Assembly (NCBI GenBank): GCA_944415565.1
Contig: CALYBQ010000005.1
Coordinates: 106,061 to 170,060, forward strand
Reading direction: 5' to 3'
From: an uncultured Rikenellaceae bacterium
GTDB taxonomy: Bacteria > Bacteroidota > Bacteroidia > Bacteroidales > Rikenellaceae
DNA: 64,000 bases
Positions 50,196 through 60,700 of this stretch are shown here, piece by piece (the first letter of the stretch is position 1; every line of letters starts with the position of its first letter). A program made the position numbers and the translations under genes. The notes under the pieces are model-generated. The model was not told where the DNA came from. It saw only the letters and a list, made by a program, of their open reading frames with translations, and ran no database searches.

Positions 50196-51284
50196 ATGAC
50201 AAGAAACTATCTGTTACTGACACCGGGTCCTCTGAGCACCTCGGCAACCGTCCGCGAAGCGATGATGCAGGATTGGTGTACTTGGGACAAAGACTATAAC
50301 GAAGGAATCGTCATGCCGCTGCGTCGCGGCCTGTTAGAGGTCGCCGGCCTCGACGAGGAACGTTACACGACAGTGCTGTTGCAAGGCAGCGGAACATATT
50401 GTGTCGAGGCGACCATAGGTGCGTCCGTGGGCCCGCAGGACAAGTTACTCATCCTCGCGAACGGCGCTTACGGTAAACGCATGGCCCAGATCGCGGATTA
50501 CTACAACATCTCTTACGCACTCGTTTCCCTAAACGAAACCGAGCTCATTACCGGCGAAGTAGCCCGTAAAGCCTTGGAAGAACATCCGGACACTACACAC
50601 CTCTCGATGGTACACAGTGAGACCACAACCGGCCTGCTGAATCATATCGACGAAGTAGCCGACGTGCTTAAGGGACGCGACATCACCTTCATTGTCGATG
50701 CCATGAGCAGTTTCGGCGGCGTACCCATCGACATCGAAGAATTGGGGATAGACTTTTTAATCAGCAGTGCAAATAAATGTATTCAAGGCGTCCCGGGGTT
50801 CGGATTCATCATTGCCCGCAAGGACAAGATGCTCGCAACTAAAGGAAATGCCCGTTCGCTATCGCTCGACATTTACGCCCAATGGGAAACGATGGAACAG
50901 GGCAAAGGCAAATGGCGCTTCACATCGCCTACTCACGTCGTTCGAGCCTTCTATCAAGCTTTGCAGGAACTGAAGGAGGAGGGCGGTATCGCAGCCCGTC
51001 ACCACCGCTATGAAGAGAACCACAGCGTGTTGGTCAAAGGAATGCGCGAATTGGGATTTACGCCTTTGCTCTCCGACGACAAGCAGGGGTGCATCATCAC
51101 ATCGTTTTACTACCCATCTCAGAAATTCGATTTTCAAGATTTCTACAACAACCTCAAAGCGAAAGGGTATGTCATTTACCCGGGAAAAATTTCCGAAGCC
51201 GACACATTCCGGATCGGCACTATCGGCGATGTATATCCCTCCGATATAGAAGGATTGCTCTCCGCCATCCGGACAGTAATCTAA
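50196..51284 (+). CDS. phnW: 2-aminoethylphosphonate--pyruvate transaminase
   Basis: Class V aminotransferase pattern. 362 aa. N-terminus MTRNYLLLTPGPLSTS. Confidence 0.85.
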   Translation: MTRNYLLLTPGPLSTSATVREAMMQDWCTWDKDYNEGIVMPLRRGLLEVAGLDEERYTTVLLQGSGTYCVEATIGASVGPQDKLLILANGAYGKRMAQIADYYNISYALVSLNETELITGEVARKALEEHPDTTHLSMVHSETTTGLLNHIDEVADVLKGRDITFIVDAMSSFGGVPIDIEELGIDFLISSANKCIQGVPGFGFIIARKDKMLATKGNARSLSLDIYAQWETMEQGKGKWRFTSPTHVVRAFYQALQELKEEGGIAARHHRYEENHSVLVKGMRELGFTPLLSDDKQGCIITSFYYPSQKFDFQDFYNNLKAKGYVIYPGKISEADTFRIGTIGDVYPSDIEGLLSAIRTVI

Positions 51285-51342
51285 ATCGGAATCGCAACAT
51301 AGCATATAACCGTCGCGCCCTTAATTGGTACAGCATATGGGC

Positions 51343-51384
51343 ATATGGTATCTAATCTTAGTATTAGATACCATATTTTATTCC
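51343..51384 (+). terminator. strong stem-loop terminator after phnW
   Basis: Perfect 14-bp stem atatggtatctaat / attagataccatat with loop cttagt, followed by TTTATT. Confidence 0.65.
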
Positions 51385-51815
51385 GGAACACGAATACCTT
51401 TCAGCCCTGCCTACAGCTATAATAATATGAAAGGATGTTGGGAACAACAAATGCGGAGAGCCTTTCACGCATAAAATGCTGATAGCGACACCTTCTTAGA
51501 CATCATTTCCTCACGGAGAGAACAAATAGTAACGCGATAAGTCCATCTGACAAATTAATCGAACCTCGCAATAATTATTTTTATGTAATTTCCATAACCG
51601 TCATTTTCATCAATTATCCAACGTCCTAACCCATGAAATAGCCTGACGTTTTCAGCTGACACACAAGGATATATCTGAGTCAGACATATTTACAAAAACT
51701 GCACACACAATAGAAATCATAAATTACTTTAAAATATTTTCCAGTCCCGATTGTCTTACTAAATAGGGCGCTCCGTAAAATTTTGAAACGTAAAATGTAA
51801 AACAAGAAGATAATC

Positions 51816-52079
51816 ATGCTAAGAAAAATCTGGGACTTGGGTGCCGTCAAGAAAACGAAACCGGATAGACGGCAGTATATAGTGAACGTAATGAATGCGA
51901 ACTGCTGCGGATGCCGCCAATGTATAAACATATGCCATCGCAATGTGTCGGAACTGACTGATGCCGACGAAACTTACCGCATCGTCGTAAAACATCCTGA
52001 GAGATGTACCGGTTGTGGAAAATGCGTCGCCACATGCAAGCATAATACCTTAGGTTTGGCCAGCCGAAAAGCAGTTTGA
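51816..52079 (+). CDS. small 2[4Fe-4S] ferredoxin-like protein
   Basis: Two CxxCxxCxxxC motifs (CCGCRQCINIC and CTGCGKCVATC) within 87 aa. Lies in an AT-rich gap. The true start may be an internal Met (MNANCC...). Confidence 0.4.
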   Translation: MLRKIWDLGAVKKTKPDRRQYIVNVMNANCCGCRQCINICHRNVSELTDADETYRIVVKHPERCTGCGKCVATCKHNTLGLASRKAV

Positions 52080-52392
52080 TTATATATTGCCACGCATGTG
52101 CCATCTACAAAGATGTATCCGATCTGTTAGGTCGGCTCGGCATACCGCCTCGAGAACAGAGCATCCTATGGGATAACGCCAACAAAACCATATCTTGCAC
52201 TAAGTTTAAGAAACTGTTATCTACGCTTATTAAGCACAGCAAACGAAATATCCACACAATAGTAGGTAGCACGACGTAAAGCCATAAAACACACTTCCTT
52301 TGTGGCCAGTAGCTGTACACATCTTCGTCAGCCCCGCCTCATGATGGATGAATTACAATTTGTTTATATATTTGTTCTCTAAACTTCATGAT

Positions 52393-53730
52393 ATGTCGAA
52401 AATTCTTATCATAGATGACGAGGTAGAGTTGAGGAAATTACTGGCACGCATCATAGGGCTGGAAGGATACGACGTGGCCGAAGCATCGGACTGCGTGGGT
52501 GGGATGAAAATGCTCGGACAATATGCTCCGGATGTGGTGTTGTGTGACGTGAAACTCCCGGACGGCAACGGGGTGGAAATGGTCGGACGGATTAAAGAGG
52601 CCGCTCCTACTGCCGAGGTCATACTACTGACGGCATACGGCAACATCCCCGATGGCGTCCAAGCCATTAAAAACGGAGCGTTCGACTACATTACCAAAGG
52701 GGATGACAACAACAAGATACTTCCTTTATTGAGCCGTGCAGTCGAAAAGGCACAAATGCAGAAACGGCTGGCGCGTTACGAGTCGAAATCGTCCGAAGAA
52801 CATTCGTTCGACCGCATCATAGGATCGTCCGATGCCATGAGGCAGGCTATCGACCTCGCACGAAAAGTAGCAGGAACTGACACGTCGGTACTCCTTACAG
52901 GAGAAACAGGAACAGGGAAAGAGGTTTTCGCCAACGCCATACACCATGCCAGCCAGCGTGCCAGAGAGGCATTCATAGCTGTCAACTGCTCTGCGTTCTC
53001 GAAGGAACTGCTCGAAGGCGAATTGTTCGGACACAAAGCAGGCAGTTTTACCGGGGCGACGAAAGACAAAAAGGGCCTGCTGGAGGAAGCGGACCGGGGC
53101 ACGTTGTTCCTCGACGAAATAGGAGAGATGCCGGTAGACCTTCAGACGAAATTGTTGCGTGTACTCGAAAACGGCGAATTCATCAAGATAGGCGAAACCC
53201 GCCCGACAAAAGTCGATTTGCGTGTGATTGCCGCAACCAATCGCGATCTTGAAAAAGAGATCGCCTCAGGCAATTTTCGTGAAGACCTATATTTCAGGCT
53301 TTCAGTTTTCCATATACACCTGCCTTCGTTGAGTGAAAGACGGGAAGACATAGAGGAATACATACATTTTTTCGTACGTCAGTTCGCCGACAAAATGGGT
53401 AAACGGGTAGATACGATAGACGAAAGGTATATGTCCGCCATGAAACAGCACGTCTGGCACGGCAATGTCAGGGAACTCCGCAATGTCGTGGAGCGCAGCC
53501 TGATCATGTTAGACGGAAACACTCTATCGGCAGACGCACTGACGCCCGAATTTAAAGTCGGCGGTTGCGGCAATGAACAAATCGACTCTCTCTCGCTAGA
53601 AGATATAGAAAGAAACCACATCTTGAAGGTATTGGAATATACGAAAGGCAACAAGGCGGAGGCAGCACGCTTGCTGGGCATAGGGATCGCTACACTATAC
53701 CGCAAGTTAGAAAACTACGGCATGAAATAA
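52393..53730 (+). CDS. sigma-54-dependent Fis-family response regulator (REC + AAA+ + HTH)
   Basis: MSKILIIDDEVELRKLL...D (REC), then GETGTGKE Walker A, the GAFTGA-like motif GSFTGA, and a C-terminal HTH. Start trimmed to Met16 of the ORF-track protein. Confidence 0.85.
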   Translation: MSKILIIDDEVELRKLLARIIGLEGYDVAEASDCVGGMKMLGQYAPDVVLCDVKLPDGNGVEMVGRIKEAAPTAEVILLTAYGNIPDGVQAIKNGAFDYITKGDDNNKILPLLSRAVEKAQMQKRLARYESKSSEEHSFDRIIGSSDAMRQAIDLARKVAGTDTSVLLTGETGTGKEVFANAIHHASQRAREAFIAVNCSAFSKELLEGELFGHKAGSFTGATKDKKGLLEEADRGTLFLDEIGEMPVDLQTKLLRVLENGEFIKIGETRPTKVDLRVIAATNRDLEKEIASGNFREDLYFRLSVFHIHLPSLSERREDIEEYIHFFVRQFADKMGKRVDTIDERYMSAMKQHVWHGNVRELRNVVERSLIMLDGNTLSADALTPEFKVGGCGNEQIDSLSLEDIERNHILKVLEYTKGNKAEAARLLGIGIATLYRKLENYGMK

Positions 53731-53750
53731 TTTCCATCCTTATCATTTTG

Positions 53751-53795
53751 AGAAGGGAGGCTTATCATAACGATAAGCCTCCCTTCTTTCTTTAA
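53751..53795 (+). terminator. rho-independent terminator after the sigma-54 regulator gene
   Basis: Perfect 16-bp stem agaagggaggcttatc / gataagcctcccttct with loop ataac, followed by TTCTTT. Confidence 0.7.
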
Positions 53796-53993
53796 TCCCC
53801 TCACACACATTATCTACCTGACAACAAACACATTAACACAATCCGCCTTTATCTGGCATATCCTTCGTAATAATGTGGCACGACATAAACGAGAATGGAT
53901 ATGAAAACAGTACTTCTTTGGGATGCGAACCGCAACACGGCCGCTCGAATGGACAAAAAGCTATTTAACGATACATAATAACACCGTGAAACA

Positions 53994-54122
53994 ATGGACG
54001 AAGTATTTGAGATAATCATTGTACTGTTTATGTCGTGCGGTCTATTGTATCTCTTCGCCCGGATGGTGGAGAGTTATGTCGGAAAAATGAACAATCATAA
54101 AAACAGCAGAAAAAAATGGTGA
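53994..54122 (+). CDS. KdpF-like small hydrophobic peptide (42 aa)
   Basis: MDEVFEIIIVLFMSCGLLYLFARMVESYVGKMNNHKNSRKKW: a single TM with the GxLxYL pattern of KdpF. Not in the ORF track (below 60 aa). Confidence 0.3.
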   Translation: MDEVFEIIIVLFMSCGLLYLFARMVESYVGKMNNHKNSRKKW

Positions 54123-54141
54123 ATTTAAAAATCAGAAAAAA

Positions 54142-54237
54142 ATGAACGGAATCCTGTTATTCGTAGTGCTACTGGCCCTGGGCGGCCTGTGCTATTGGTT
54201 CTATTACAAATGCGTAGATTGGTTTGAAAAGATTTAA
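54142..54237 (+). CDS. KdpF-like small hydrophobic peptide (31 aa)
   Basis: MNGILLFVVLLALGGLCYWFYYKCVDWFEKI: a single TM, 20 nt after the previous micro-ORF. Confidence 0.35.
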   Translation: MNGILLFVVLLALGGLCYWFYYKCVDWFEKI

Positions 54238-54248
54238 ATTCCAGAATC

Positions 54249-54329
54249 ATGTTCATAGGACTTTTAATACTGAGCATAGCGATATTCGGATACCTGATGT
54301 ACGTGCTCGTAAAACCCGAGAAATTTTAA
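54249..54329 (+). CDS. kdpF: K+-transporting ATPase subunit F
   Basis: MFIGLLILSIAIFGYLMYVLVKPEKF matches the KdpF consensus (..GYLxYxLxxPEKF). Lies 33 nt upstream of kdpA. Confidence 0.6.
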   Translation: MFIGLLILSIAIFGYLMYVLVKPEKF

Positions 54330-54361
54330 GTGTGTAGGACTCTTTACAAAAATGTAAATAA

Positions 54362-56053
54362 ATGAATACCGAAATTTTAGGCGTAATTCTACAATGGGTA
54401 GCCTTAGTGGTTCTCTGTTATCCGCTGGGGCGTTATATCGCCAAAGTATATAAGGGCGAGCGTACATGGCTCGACTTCATGGCGCCAGTTGAAAAATGGA
54501 TTTACAAGTTGTGCGGCATCCATCCCGAACAGGAAATGAATTGGAAACAGTTCCTAAAGGCATTGCTGATGGTGAATCTTTTCTGGTTCGTATGGGGTAT
54601 GGTATTGCTCGTATGCCAAGGCTGGCTTCCGCTCAACCCGGATGGAAATGCGGGACAATCTCCCGATCTGGCATTCAACACCTGTATCTCTTTCATGGTA
54701 AACTGTAATTTGCAACACTACAGCGGCGAGTCTGGCCTTTCTTACTTCACGCAATTGTTCGTTATCATGCTGTTCCAGTTTGTTACGGCTGCTTGCGGTA
54801 TGGCTGCGTTGGCCGGAATCATGAAAGGTTTGGCTGCAAAGACTACAAAAACTATTGGGAACTTCTGGGTATTCCTGACTAAAAGCGTGACCCGTATCCT
54901 GATGCCGCTTTCGCTACTCGTAGGTATACTTCTGGTAATCAACGGAACTCCTATGTCGTTCGACGGCAAGCAAACGATCGAAACGCTCGAAGGCAGCGAG
55001 CAGGTTATCAGTCAAGGCCCCACGGCAGCCATCGTCCCTATCAAGCAGTTGGGAACCAACGGTGGCGGTTATTTCGGAACCAACTCCTCGCATCCGCTCG
55101 AAAATCCCAACGCCTTCACCAACATACTCGAATGTTGGTCGATACTCATCATTCCGATGGCAATGGCATGGGCGTTCGGATTCTACATAAGGCGTAAGAA
55201 ACTGGCCGGTTGCATTTTCGGCGTCATGCTCATAGCATTTACCATAGGCGTTTGCATCTCGGTTCCTCAGGAAATGGGCGGTAATCCCAACATCGACAAG
55301 ATGGGTATTGCACAGGACCTCGGATCCATGGAAGGCAAGGAGATACGTATCGGATCGGCCGCATCGGCCATGTGGGGTATGGTGACGACCGTTACTTCCA
55401 ACGGTTCGGTAAACTCGATGCACGATTCACAGACCCCTCTGAGCGGGATGCTCCAGATGCTCAACATGCAGATAAACTGTTGGTTCGGCGGTGTCGGCGT
55501 GGGATGGATGAATTATTTTGCATTCCTTATAATCGCCGTGTTCATCAGCGGGCTTATGGTGGGACGTACTCCCGAATTTCTCGGCAAAAAAGTAGAGGCG
55601 AGGGAGATGAAGATCGCCACGATGGTGGTGCTGATGCACCCGTTCCTGATACTTGTCGGAACCGGTATCTCGTCCGCCATAGCGGCCATAAATCCTGAAA
55701 TAGGCTGGCTTAACAATCCATCGTTCCACGGATTGAGCGAGATGCTCTACGAATATACCTCTTCGGCGGCCAACAACGGTTCCGGATTCGAAGGATTGGC
55801 CGACAACACGCCGTTCTGGAACATATCGACGGGCATAGCCCTTATCATGGGACGTTACTTCCCGATAGTTGGGCAGGTTGCCATTGCAGGATTGCTCGCA
55901 TCGAAGAAATATGTTCCCGAAAGCGCCGGAACTCTCAAAACAGATACGGCGACTTTCTCGCTGATGACATTTGCCGTAATCATTATCGTAGCCGCACTTT
56001 CGTTCTTCCCCGCATTGGCCCTCGGCCCGATCGCAGACTATTTAAGTTTCTAA
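54362..56053 (+). CDS. kdpA: K+-transporting ATPase subunit A
   Basis: 563 aa polytopic protein. KdpA N-terminus [30 protein letters not shown]. Confidence 0.9.
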   Translation: MNTEILGVILQWVALVVLCYPLGRYIAKVYKGERTWLDFMAPVEKWIYKLCGIHPEQEMNWKQFLKALLMVNLFWFVWGMVLLVCQGWLPLNPDGNAGQSPDLAFNTCISFMVNCNLQHYSGESGLSYFTQLFVIMLFQFVTAACGMAALAGIMKGLAAKTTKTIGNFWVFLTKSVTRILMPLSLLVGILLVINGTPMSFDGKQTIETLEGSEQVISQGPTAAIVPIKQLGTNGGGYFGTNSSHPLENPNAFTNILECWSILIIPMAMAWAFGFYIRRKKLAGCIFGVMLIAFTIGVCISVPQEMGGNPNIDKMGIAQDLGSMEGKEIRIGSAASAMWGMVTTVTSNGSVNSMHDSQTPLSGMLQMLNMQINCWFGGVGVGWMNYFAFLIIAVFISGLMVGRTPEFLGKKVEAREMKIATMVVLMHPFLILVGTGISSAIAAINPEIGWLNNPSFHGLSEMLYEYTSSAANNGSGFEGLADNTPFWNISTGIALIMGRYFPIVGQVAIAGLLASKKYVPESAGTLKTDTATFSLMTFAVIIIVAALSFFPALALGPIADYLSF

Positions 56054-56060
56054 TTCTGGA

Positions 56061-58109
56061 ATGAAGATGAAAAAGCAAATAAATAATGCGCTGTTCGACA
56101 AACAGCTTTTAAAAACGAGTTTCGCAGAATCTTTCCGCAAACTCGCTCCACGGAAGATGATCAAGAACCCGATCATGTTCACAGTCGAGGTCGTGACGGC
56201 CGTCATGCTGCTTATGCTGTTCTATATAGCCGTAACGGGAGATCAGTCTCAGGGTTCGTTCTGGTATAACCTGATTATATTCTTCGTGCTGCTGCTGACG
56301 ATCCTGTTCGCCAACTTCGCCGAAGCTATAGCCGAAGCGCGGGGTAAGGCACAAGCCGACTCGCTCCGCAAAACACGAGAGGAAACTCCAGCCAAACTCA
56401 CCCTCAGCAGCGGAGCTACCAAAGTGGTAAGTAGTTCCGAATTGAAGAAAGGCGATGTATTCGAATGCGTAGCAGGCGATACTATACCTGCCGACGGCGA
56501 GATAATCGAGGGACTGGCGTCGATAGACGAAAGCGCCATCACGGGAGAATCGGCTCCGGTCATCCGTGAGGCCGGCGGAGACAAAAGCTCGGTAACAGGC
56601 GGCACTAAAGTTCTCTCCGACCGTATATTGGTCAAGGTAACGGCACAACCGGGCGAAAGTTTTCTCGACAAGATGATAGCTCTCGTAGAAGGTTCATCGC
56701 GCCAAAAAACACCTAACGAAATAGCGCTCACCATACTTTTAGCCGGATTCACACTGGTATTCGTTATAGTATGTGCAACGTTGAAACCGTTCGCGGATTA
56801 CGTCGGAGCCAACATTACCATCGCAGCTTTCATATCACTGTTCGTTTGCCTGATCCCGACGACCATAGGCGGTCTGTTGTCTGCCATAGGTATCGCAGGT
56901 ATGGACAGGGCATTGCGCGCTAATGTCATCACGAAATCGGGGAAAGCAGTAGAAACTGCCGGGGACATCGACACGCTGCTGCTCGACAAAACAGGTACGA
57001 TCACTATAGGCAACCGTAAGGCGACACGCTTTTATCCTGCACACGGAATGAATCCGAAAACGTTTGCGCACCTATGTGTCCTATCTTCGGTCGCCGACCA
57101 GACCCCGGAAGGCAAATCCATCGTCGAACTCGGCGCCGCCGATGGGATCAAGATAGACCCCATGGAGATGGTAGGCGTTCGCATGGTAAAATTTACGGCC
57201 GAAACCCGTTGCTCGGGTGTCGATATGCCCGACGGGACACGTATCCGCAAGGGTGCGACAGAGGCCATCCGTAGTATCGTGACGAAGGCCGGACACGACT
57301 TCCCCAAAGATATAGAAAAAGTAGTATGCGAAATTTCGGGGAATGGGGGTACACCGCTCGTAGTATGCTCGAACGAAAGCGTATGCGGTGTAATCGAGCT
57401 TCAGGATATTATCAAGACCGGTATCAGGGAACGTTTCGAACGCCTGCGTAAAATGGGCGTTAAGACAGTAATGGTTACCGGCGACAACCCACTGACTGCT
57501 AAATACATCGCAGAAAAAGCAGGTGTGGACGACTTCATCGCTGAGGCCAAACCTGAAGACAAGATGGAGTATATCAAACGCGAACAACACGCCGGGAAAC
57601 TCGTAGCCATGATGGGCGACGGTACGAACGATGCTCCGGCACTGGCTCAGGCCGATGTGGGTGTGGCCATGAACAGCGGAACCCAAGCTGCCAAGGAAGC
57701 CGGCAATATGGTCGACCTCGATAACGACCCGACCAAACTGATCGAGATAGTGGAAATAGGCAAACAGTTGCTCATGACACGCGGTACGCTTACCACGTTC
57801 TCCATAGCCAACGACGTAGCCAAATATTTCGCCATCGTTCCGGCACTGTTCATCACTTCGATACCGTCGTTGCAGGCCTTGAACATCATGCACCTGCACT
57901 CCCCGGAAAGCGCCATACTGTCGGCCGTGATCTTCAATGCGATAATCATTCCATTGCTGATCCCGCTGGCCTTGCGCGGCGTGACATACAAACCTATCGG
58001 AGCGTCGGCCTTGCTGCGCCGCAACCTCTTCATCTACGGTTTGGGCGGCATTGTAGCCCCGTTCATAGGAATCAAGCTGATAGACATGTTGATAAGTGTA
58101 TTTTTTTAA
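56061..58109 (+). CDS. kdpB: K+-transporting ATPase subunit B (P-type ATPase)
   Basis: DKTGTIT phosphorylation motif, with TGDN and GDGTNDAP motifs. 682 aa. Confidence 0.9.
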   Translation: MKMKKQINNALFDKQLLKTSFAESFRKLAPRKMIKNPIMFTVEVVTAVMLLMLFYIAVTGDQSQGSFWYNLIIFFVLLLTILFANFAEAIAEARGKAQADSLRKTREETPAKLTLSSGATKVVSSSELKKGDVFECVAGDTIPADGEIIEGLASIDESAITGESAPVIREAGGDKSSVTGGTKVLSDRILVKVTAQPGESFLDKMIALVEGSSRQKTPNEIALTILLAGFTLVFVIVCATLKPFADYVGANITIAAFISLFVCLIPTTIGGLLSAIGIAGMDRALRANVITKSGKAVETAGDIDTLLLDKTGTITIGNRKATRFYPAHGMNPKTFAHLCVLSSVADQTPEGKSIVELGAADGIKIDPMEMVGVRMVKFTAETRCSGVDMPDGTRIRKGATEAIRSIVTKAGHDFPKDIEKVVCEISGNGGTPLVVCSNESVCGVIELQDIIKTGIRERFERLRKMGVKTVMVTGDNPLTAKYIAEKAGVDDFIAEAKPEDKMEYIKREQHAGKLVAMMGDGTNDAPALAQADVGVAMNSGTQAAKEAGNMVDLDNDPTKLIEIVEIGKQLLMTRGTLTTFSIANDVAKYFAIVPALFITSIPSLQALNIMHLHSPESAILSAVIFNAIIIPLLIPLALRGVTYKPIGASALLRRNLFIYGLGGIVAPFIGIKLIDMLISVFF

Positions 58110-58113
58110 TTGA

Positions 58114-58689
58114 ATGACAATCATGAAAAATTTATGGATATCCCTGAAGATCACGTTGGCGATGTGTGTCTTGCTGACCGTAGGCTACGTCCTTGTGCTG
58201 CGGTTGACGGCCGCAGTGGCATCCCCGAACGACGGTGAAGCCGCACTCGTAGAGCTCGACGGCAAAATCGTGGGTGCAGCCAACGTAGGGCAAATATTTA
58301 CCGACAGCATCTATTTCTGGAGCCGTCCGTCCGCCGTCGATTACAATGGCGGCGGATCGGGCGGAAGCAATAAGGCAGTTACCAACCCTGAATATTTGGC
58401 CGAAGTGGAAGAACGTATCGACGCTTTCCTCGCAGCCCATCCATACCTTTCGAGGGAAGACGTTCCGTCAGAAATGGTAACGGCGAGTGGTTCGGGACTC
58501 GACCCAGACATCTCGCCACGCGGAGCCGAGGTGCAAATCCCGCGTGTTGCCAAAGCGCGTGGAATGTCGGAGGACGAAGTGCGCAGGATAATCGACGAGG
58601 TTACCCAAAAACCATGGCTCGGTCTGTTCGGAACCTATAAGGTCAACGTCCTGAAATTAAACGTAGCACTCGATGCCGCCCAAAAATAG
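58114..58689 (+). CDS. kdpC: K+-transporting ATPase subunit C
   Basis: 191 aa with a single N-terminal TM and a KdpC-like periplasmic domain. Confidence 0.85.
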   Translation: MTIMKNLWISLKITLAMCVLLTVGYVLVLRLTAAVASPNDGEAALVELDGKIVGAANVGQIFTDSIYFWSRPSAVDYNGGGSGGSNKAVTNPEYLAEVEERIDAFLAAHPYLSREDVPSEMVTASGSGLDPDISPRGAEVQIPRVAKARGMSEDEVRRIIDEVTQKPWLGLFGTYKVNVLKLNVALDAAQK

Positions 58690-58824
58690 TAAGGTTGCCG
58701 GCCTGTGGAGACGGATGGACAGGCCGACGAGAACATGGTTATTTTTTCTTGCTCTGCTCCTTATAACAATAATTATAGCGGGCGTATGCAAATAATAAAC
58801 AGACTATTAAAACCAGAACAAAAA

Positions 58825-59568
58825 ATGAAACGTTTTGCAATTTTCGCGACTGCATTGGTCGCAGTATTGACTGCCGGAACGGCCGCAGCACAGGAAAAAG
58901 GAGTCGTATTCAGCGGTGGCGCAGACGTAGCCAGCAACTACGTATGGCGCGGTGTTACGCAGGCAGGGGTAAGCCTCCAACCGACATTGACCATGACACT
59001 CGGCAACTTCTCGGCCACCGCATGGGGTTCGGTAGATTTCGCAGCCACCTCATACAAAGAGATGGATATAACGCTCGCCTATGCGCTCGGTCCTGTCACG
59101 CTTTCCGTAGCAGACCTTTATTGGGAGGGTTCGTCAGCTGACCGGGGGCTCGTCAACCGCCATTATTTCCACTTCGGAAGCGATTCGCCGCACCGTGTCG
59201 AGGTCGGAGCCAACTGGTGTGTTTCCCGAAAAGTTCCGCTTACATTATCATGGTACACCATCGTTTTCGGTGCAGTAGACGTCAACTCCAAGGGTGAGCG
59301 GGCATATTCCTCATATTTCGAGGTAGCCTACCCGTTCACCGTAAAAGGGATAGACATGAAAGCCGGTGTCGGCGCAGTGCCATGGAACGCATACGGCACA
59401 TACGGGATAGACAAGGATTTCTACGTGCAGAACGTTTTCCTGAACGCCGGGAAAATGTGGGAAATAAAAGGTGCGGAATCCATGCAAATAGGATTTTTCA
59501 CCAAACTGATATGGAATCCGGCCATGGAAGATGTTAACTTTGTAGGAGGCATTTCCTTCAGAATGTAA
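58825..59568 (+). CDS. outer-membrane beta-barrel (porin-like) protein embedded in the kdp operon
   Basis: Signal peptide MKRFAIFATALVAVLTAGTAAAQ, alternating beta-strand pattern, aromatic girdle, 247 aa. Start trimmed from ORF-track 58705. Confidence 0.5.
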   Translation: MKRFAIFATALVAVLTAGTAAAQEKGVVFSGGADVASNYVWRGVTQAGVSLQPTLTMTLGNFSATAWGSVDFAATSYKEMDITLAYALGPVTLSVADLYWEGSSADRGLVNRHYFHFGSDSPHRVEVGANWCVSRKVPLTLSWYTIVFGAVDVNSKGERAYSSYFEVAYPFTVKGIDMKAGVGAVPWNAYGTYGIDKDFYVQNVFLNAGKMWEIKGAESMQIGFFTKLIWNPAMEDVNFVGGISFRM

Positions 59569-59571
59569 CGA

Positions 59572-60699
59572 ATGGGCGACAATACCAGACAGAGCGCACA
59601 GCATTTCCTCGATTTGATAAAGCGCTCGCATCGAGGTAAGTTTAAGGTCTACATCGGCATGAGTGCCGGTGTAGGCAAAACTTATCGTATGCTACAGGAA
59701 ACCCATCAATTGTTGGATGCCGGTGTCGATGTACAAATAGGATATGTGGAAACCCACGGACGCACGGAAACGGAAGCCCTCGTCGCAGGGCTTCCTGTTA
59801 TTCCGCGCCGCAAACTTTTCTACAAAGGCAAGGAGCTCGAGGAGATGGATACGCAAACTATTATCAACTTGCATCCGGAAATAGTCATAGTGGACGAACT
59901 GGCACATACCAACATCGAGGGCAGTACGAACCCGAAAAGGTGGCAGGATGTCATGCAGATACTCGATGCGGGCATAAGCGTGATTTCCGCCATCAACATC
60001 CAGCACATAGAAGGCATAAACGAACAGGTACAGGAGATAACCGGTATCGAGATACAGGAGCGCGTCCCGGACAGCGTTCTGGCCATGGCCGACGAGGTGG
60101 TGAACATCGACCTTACGGCCGACGATCTGATAGACAGGCTCAAGGCGGGCAAGATTTACAAGCCGGACAAAATATCGGCGGCACTCGGCAACTTTTTCAC
60201 GCAGGACAACCTGCTCCAATTGCGCGAGCTCGCCCTCAAGGAGGTCGCAATGCGGGTGGAAAAAAAGGTCGAGACGCAGGTTCCTGCCGGTGACAAACTG
60301 CGGCACGAGCGTTTCATAGCGGTCATAGATTCATCCGAAAAACGTGCCCGTCGTGTAATACGGAAGACGGCGCGGCTGGCAACTCACATGAACGCTGCAT
60401 TCACGGTGCTTTACGTACAATCCGACAGGGAAAATACCGACCGAATCCCGTTGGCAAACCAACGCTATCTTATCAACAACTTCAATCTTGCGTCGGAATT
60501 GGGAGGGGAGATATTACAGATACATTCCAACCGTTATATAGAAACGATAATAGACGTGTGCGTGGAACGCAAGATAAGTGTAGTATGTATCTGCAAACCG
60601 AGATTTTCCATATATTCGTTATTGGTAACGGCGGTACGGCTGAGAAGATTACTGAACAGACTGGCCCGCATGAATGTGGATTTAATTATTTTATCGTGA
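59572..60699 (+). CDS. kdpD: KdpD N-terminal sensor domain protein (KdpD + USP domains, no kinase core)
   Basis: Walker-A-like GMSAGVGKTYRML and a KdpD-N/USP architecture. 375 aa, ending without HisKA or HATPase domains. Confidence 0.75.
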   Translation: MGDNTRQSAQHFLDLIKRSHRGKFKVYIGMSAGVGKTYRMLQETHQLLDAGVDVQIGYVETHGRTETEALVAGLPVIPRRKLFYKGKELEEMDTQTIINLHPEIVIVDELAHTNIEGSTNPKRWQDVMQILDAGISVISAINIQHIEGINEQVQEITGIEIQERVPDSVLAMADEVVNIDLTADDLIDRLKAGKIYKPDKISAALGNFFTQDNLLQLRELALKEVAMRVEKKVETQVPAGDKLRHERFIAVIDSSEKRARRVIRKTARLATHMNAAFTVLYVQSDRENTDRIPLANQRYLINNFNLASELGGEILQIHSNRYIETIIDVCVERKISVVCICKPRFSIYSLLVTAVRLRRLLNRLARMNVDLIILS

Positions 60700-60700
60700 T

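Noticed and set aside
53860-53890. Sigma-54 promoter upstream of the kdpF micro-ORFs
   Set aside because: TGGCAC is present, but no properly spaced GC/TTGC -12 element could be found by eye. Retained only as a remark inside the kdp regulation finding.
57081-58154. 357-aa minus-strand ORF inside kdpB/kdpC
   Set aside because: Antisense to kdpB, which contains the DKTGTIT and GDGTNDAP motifs. Spurious.
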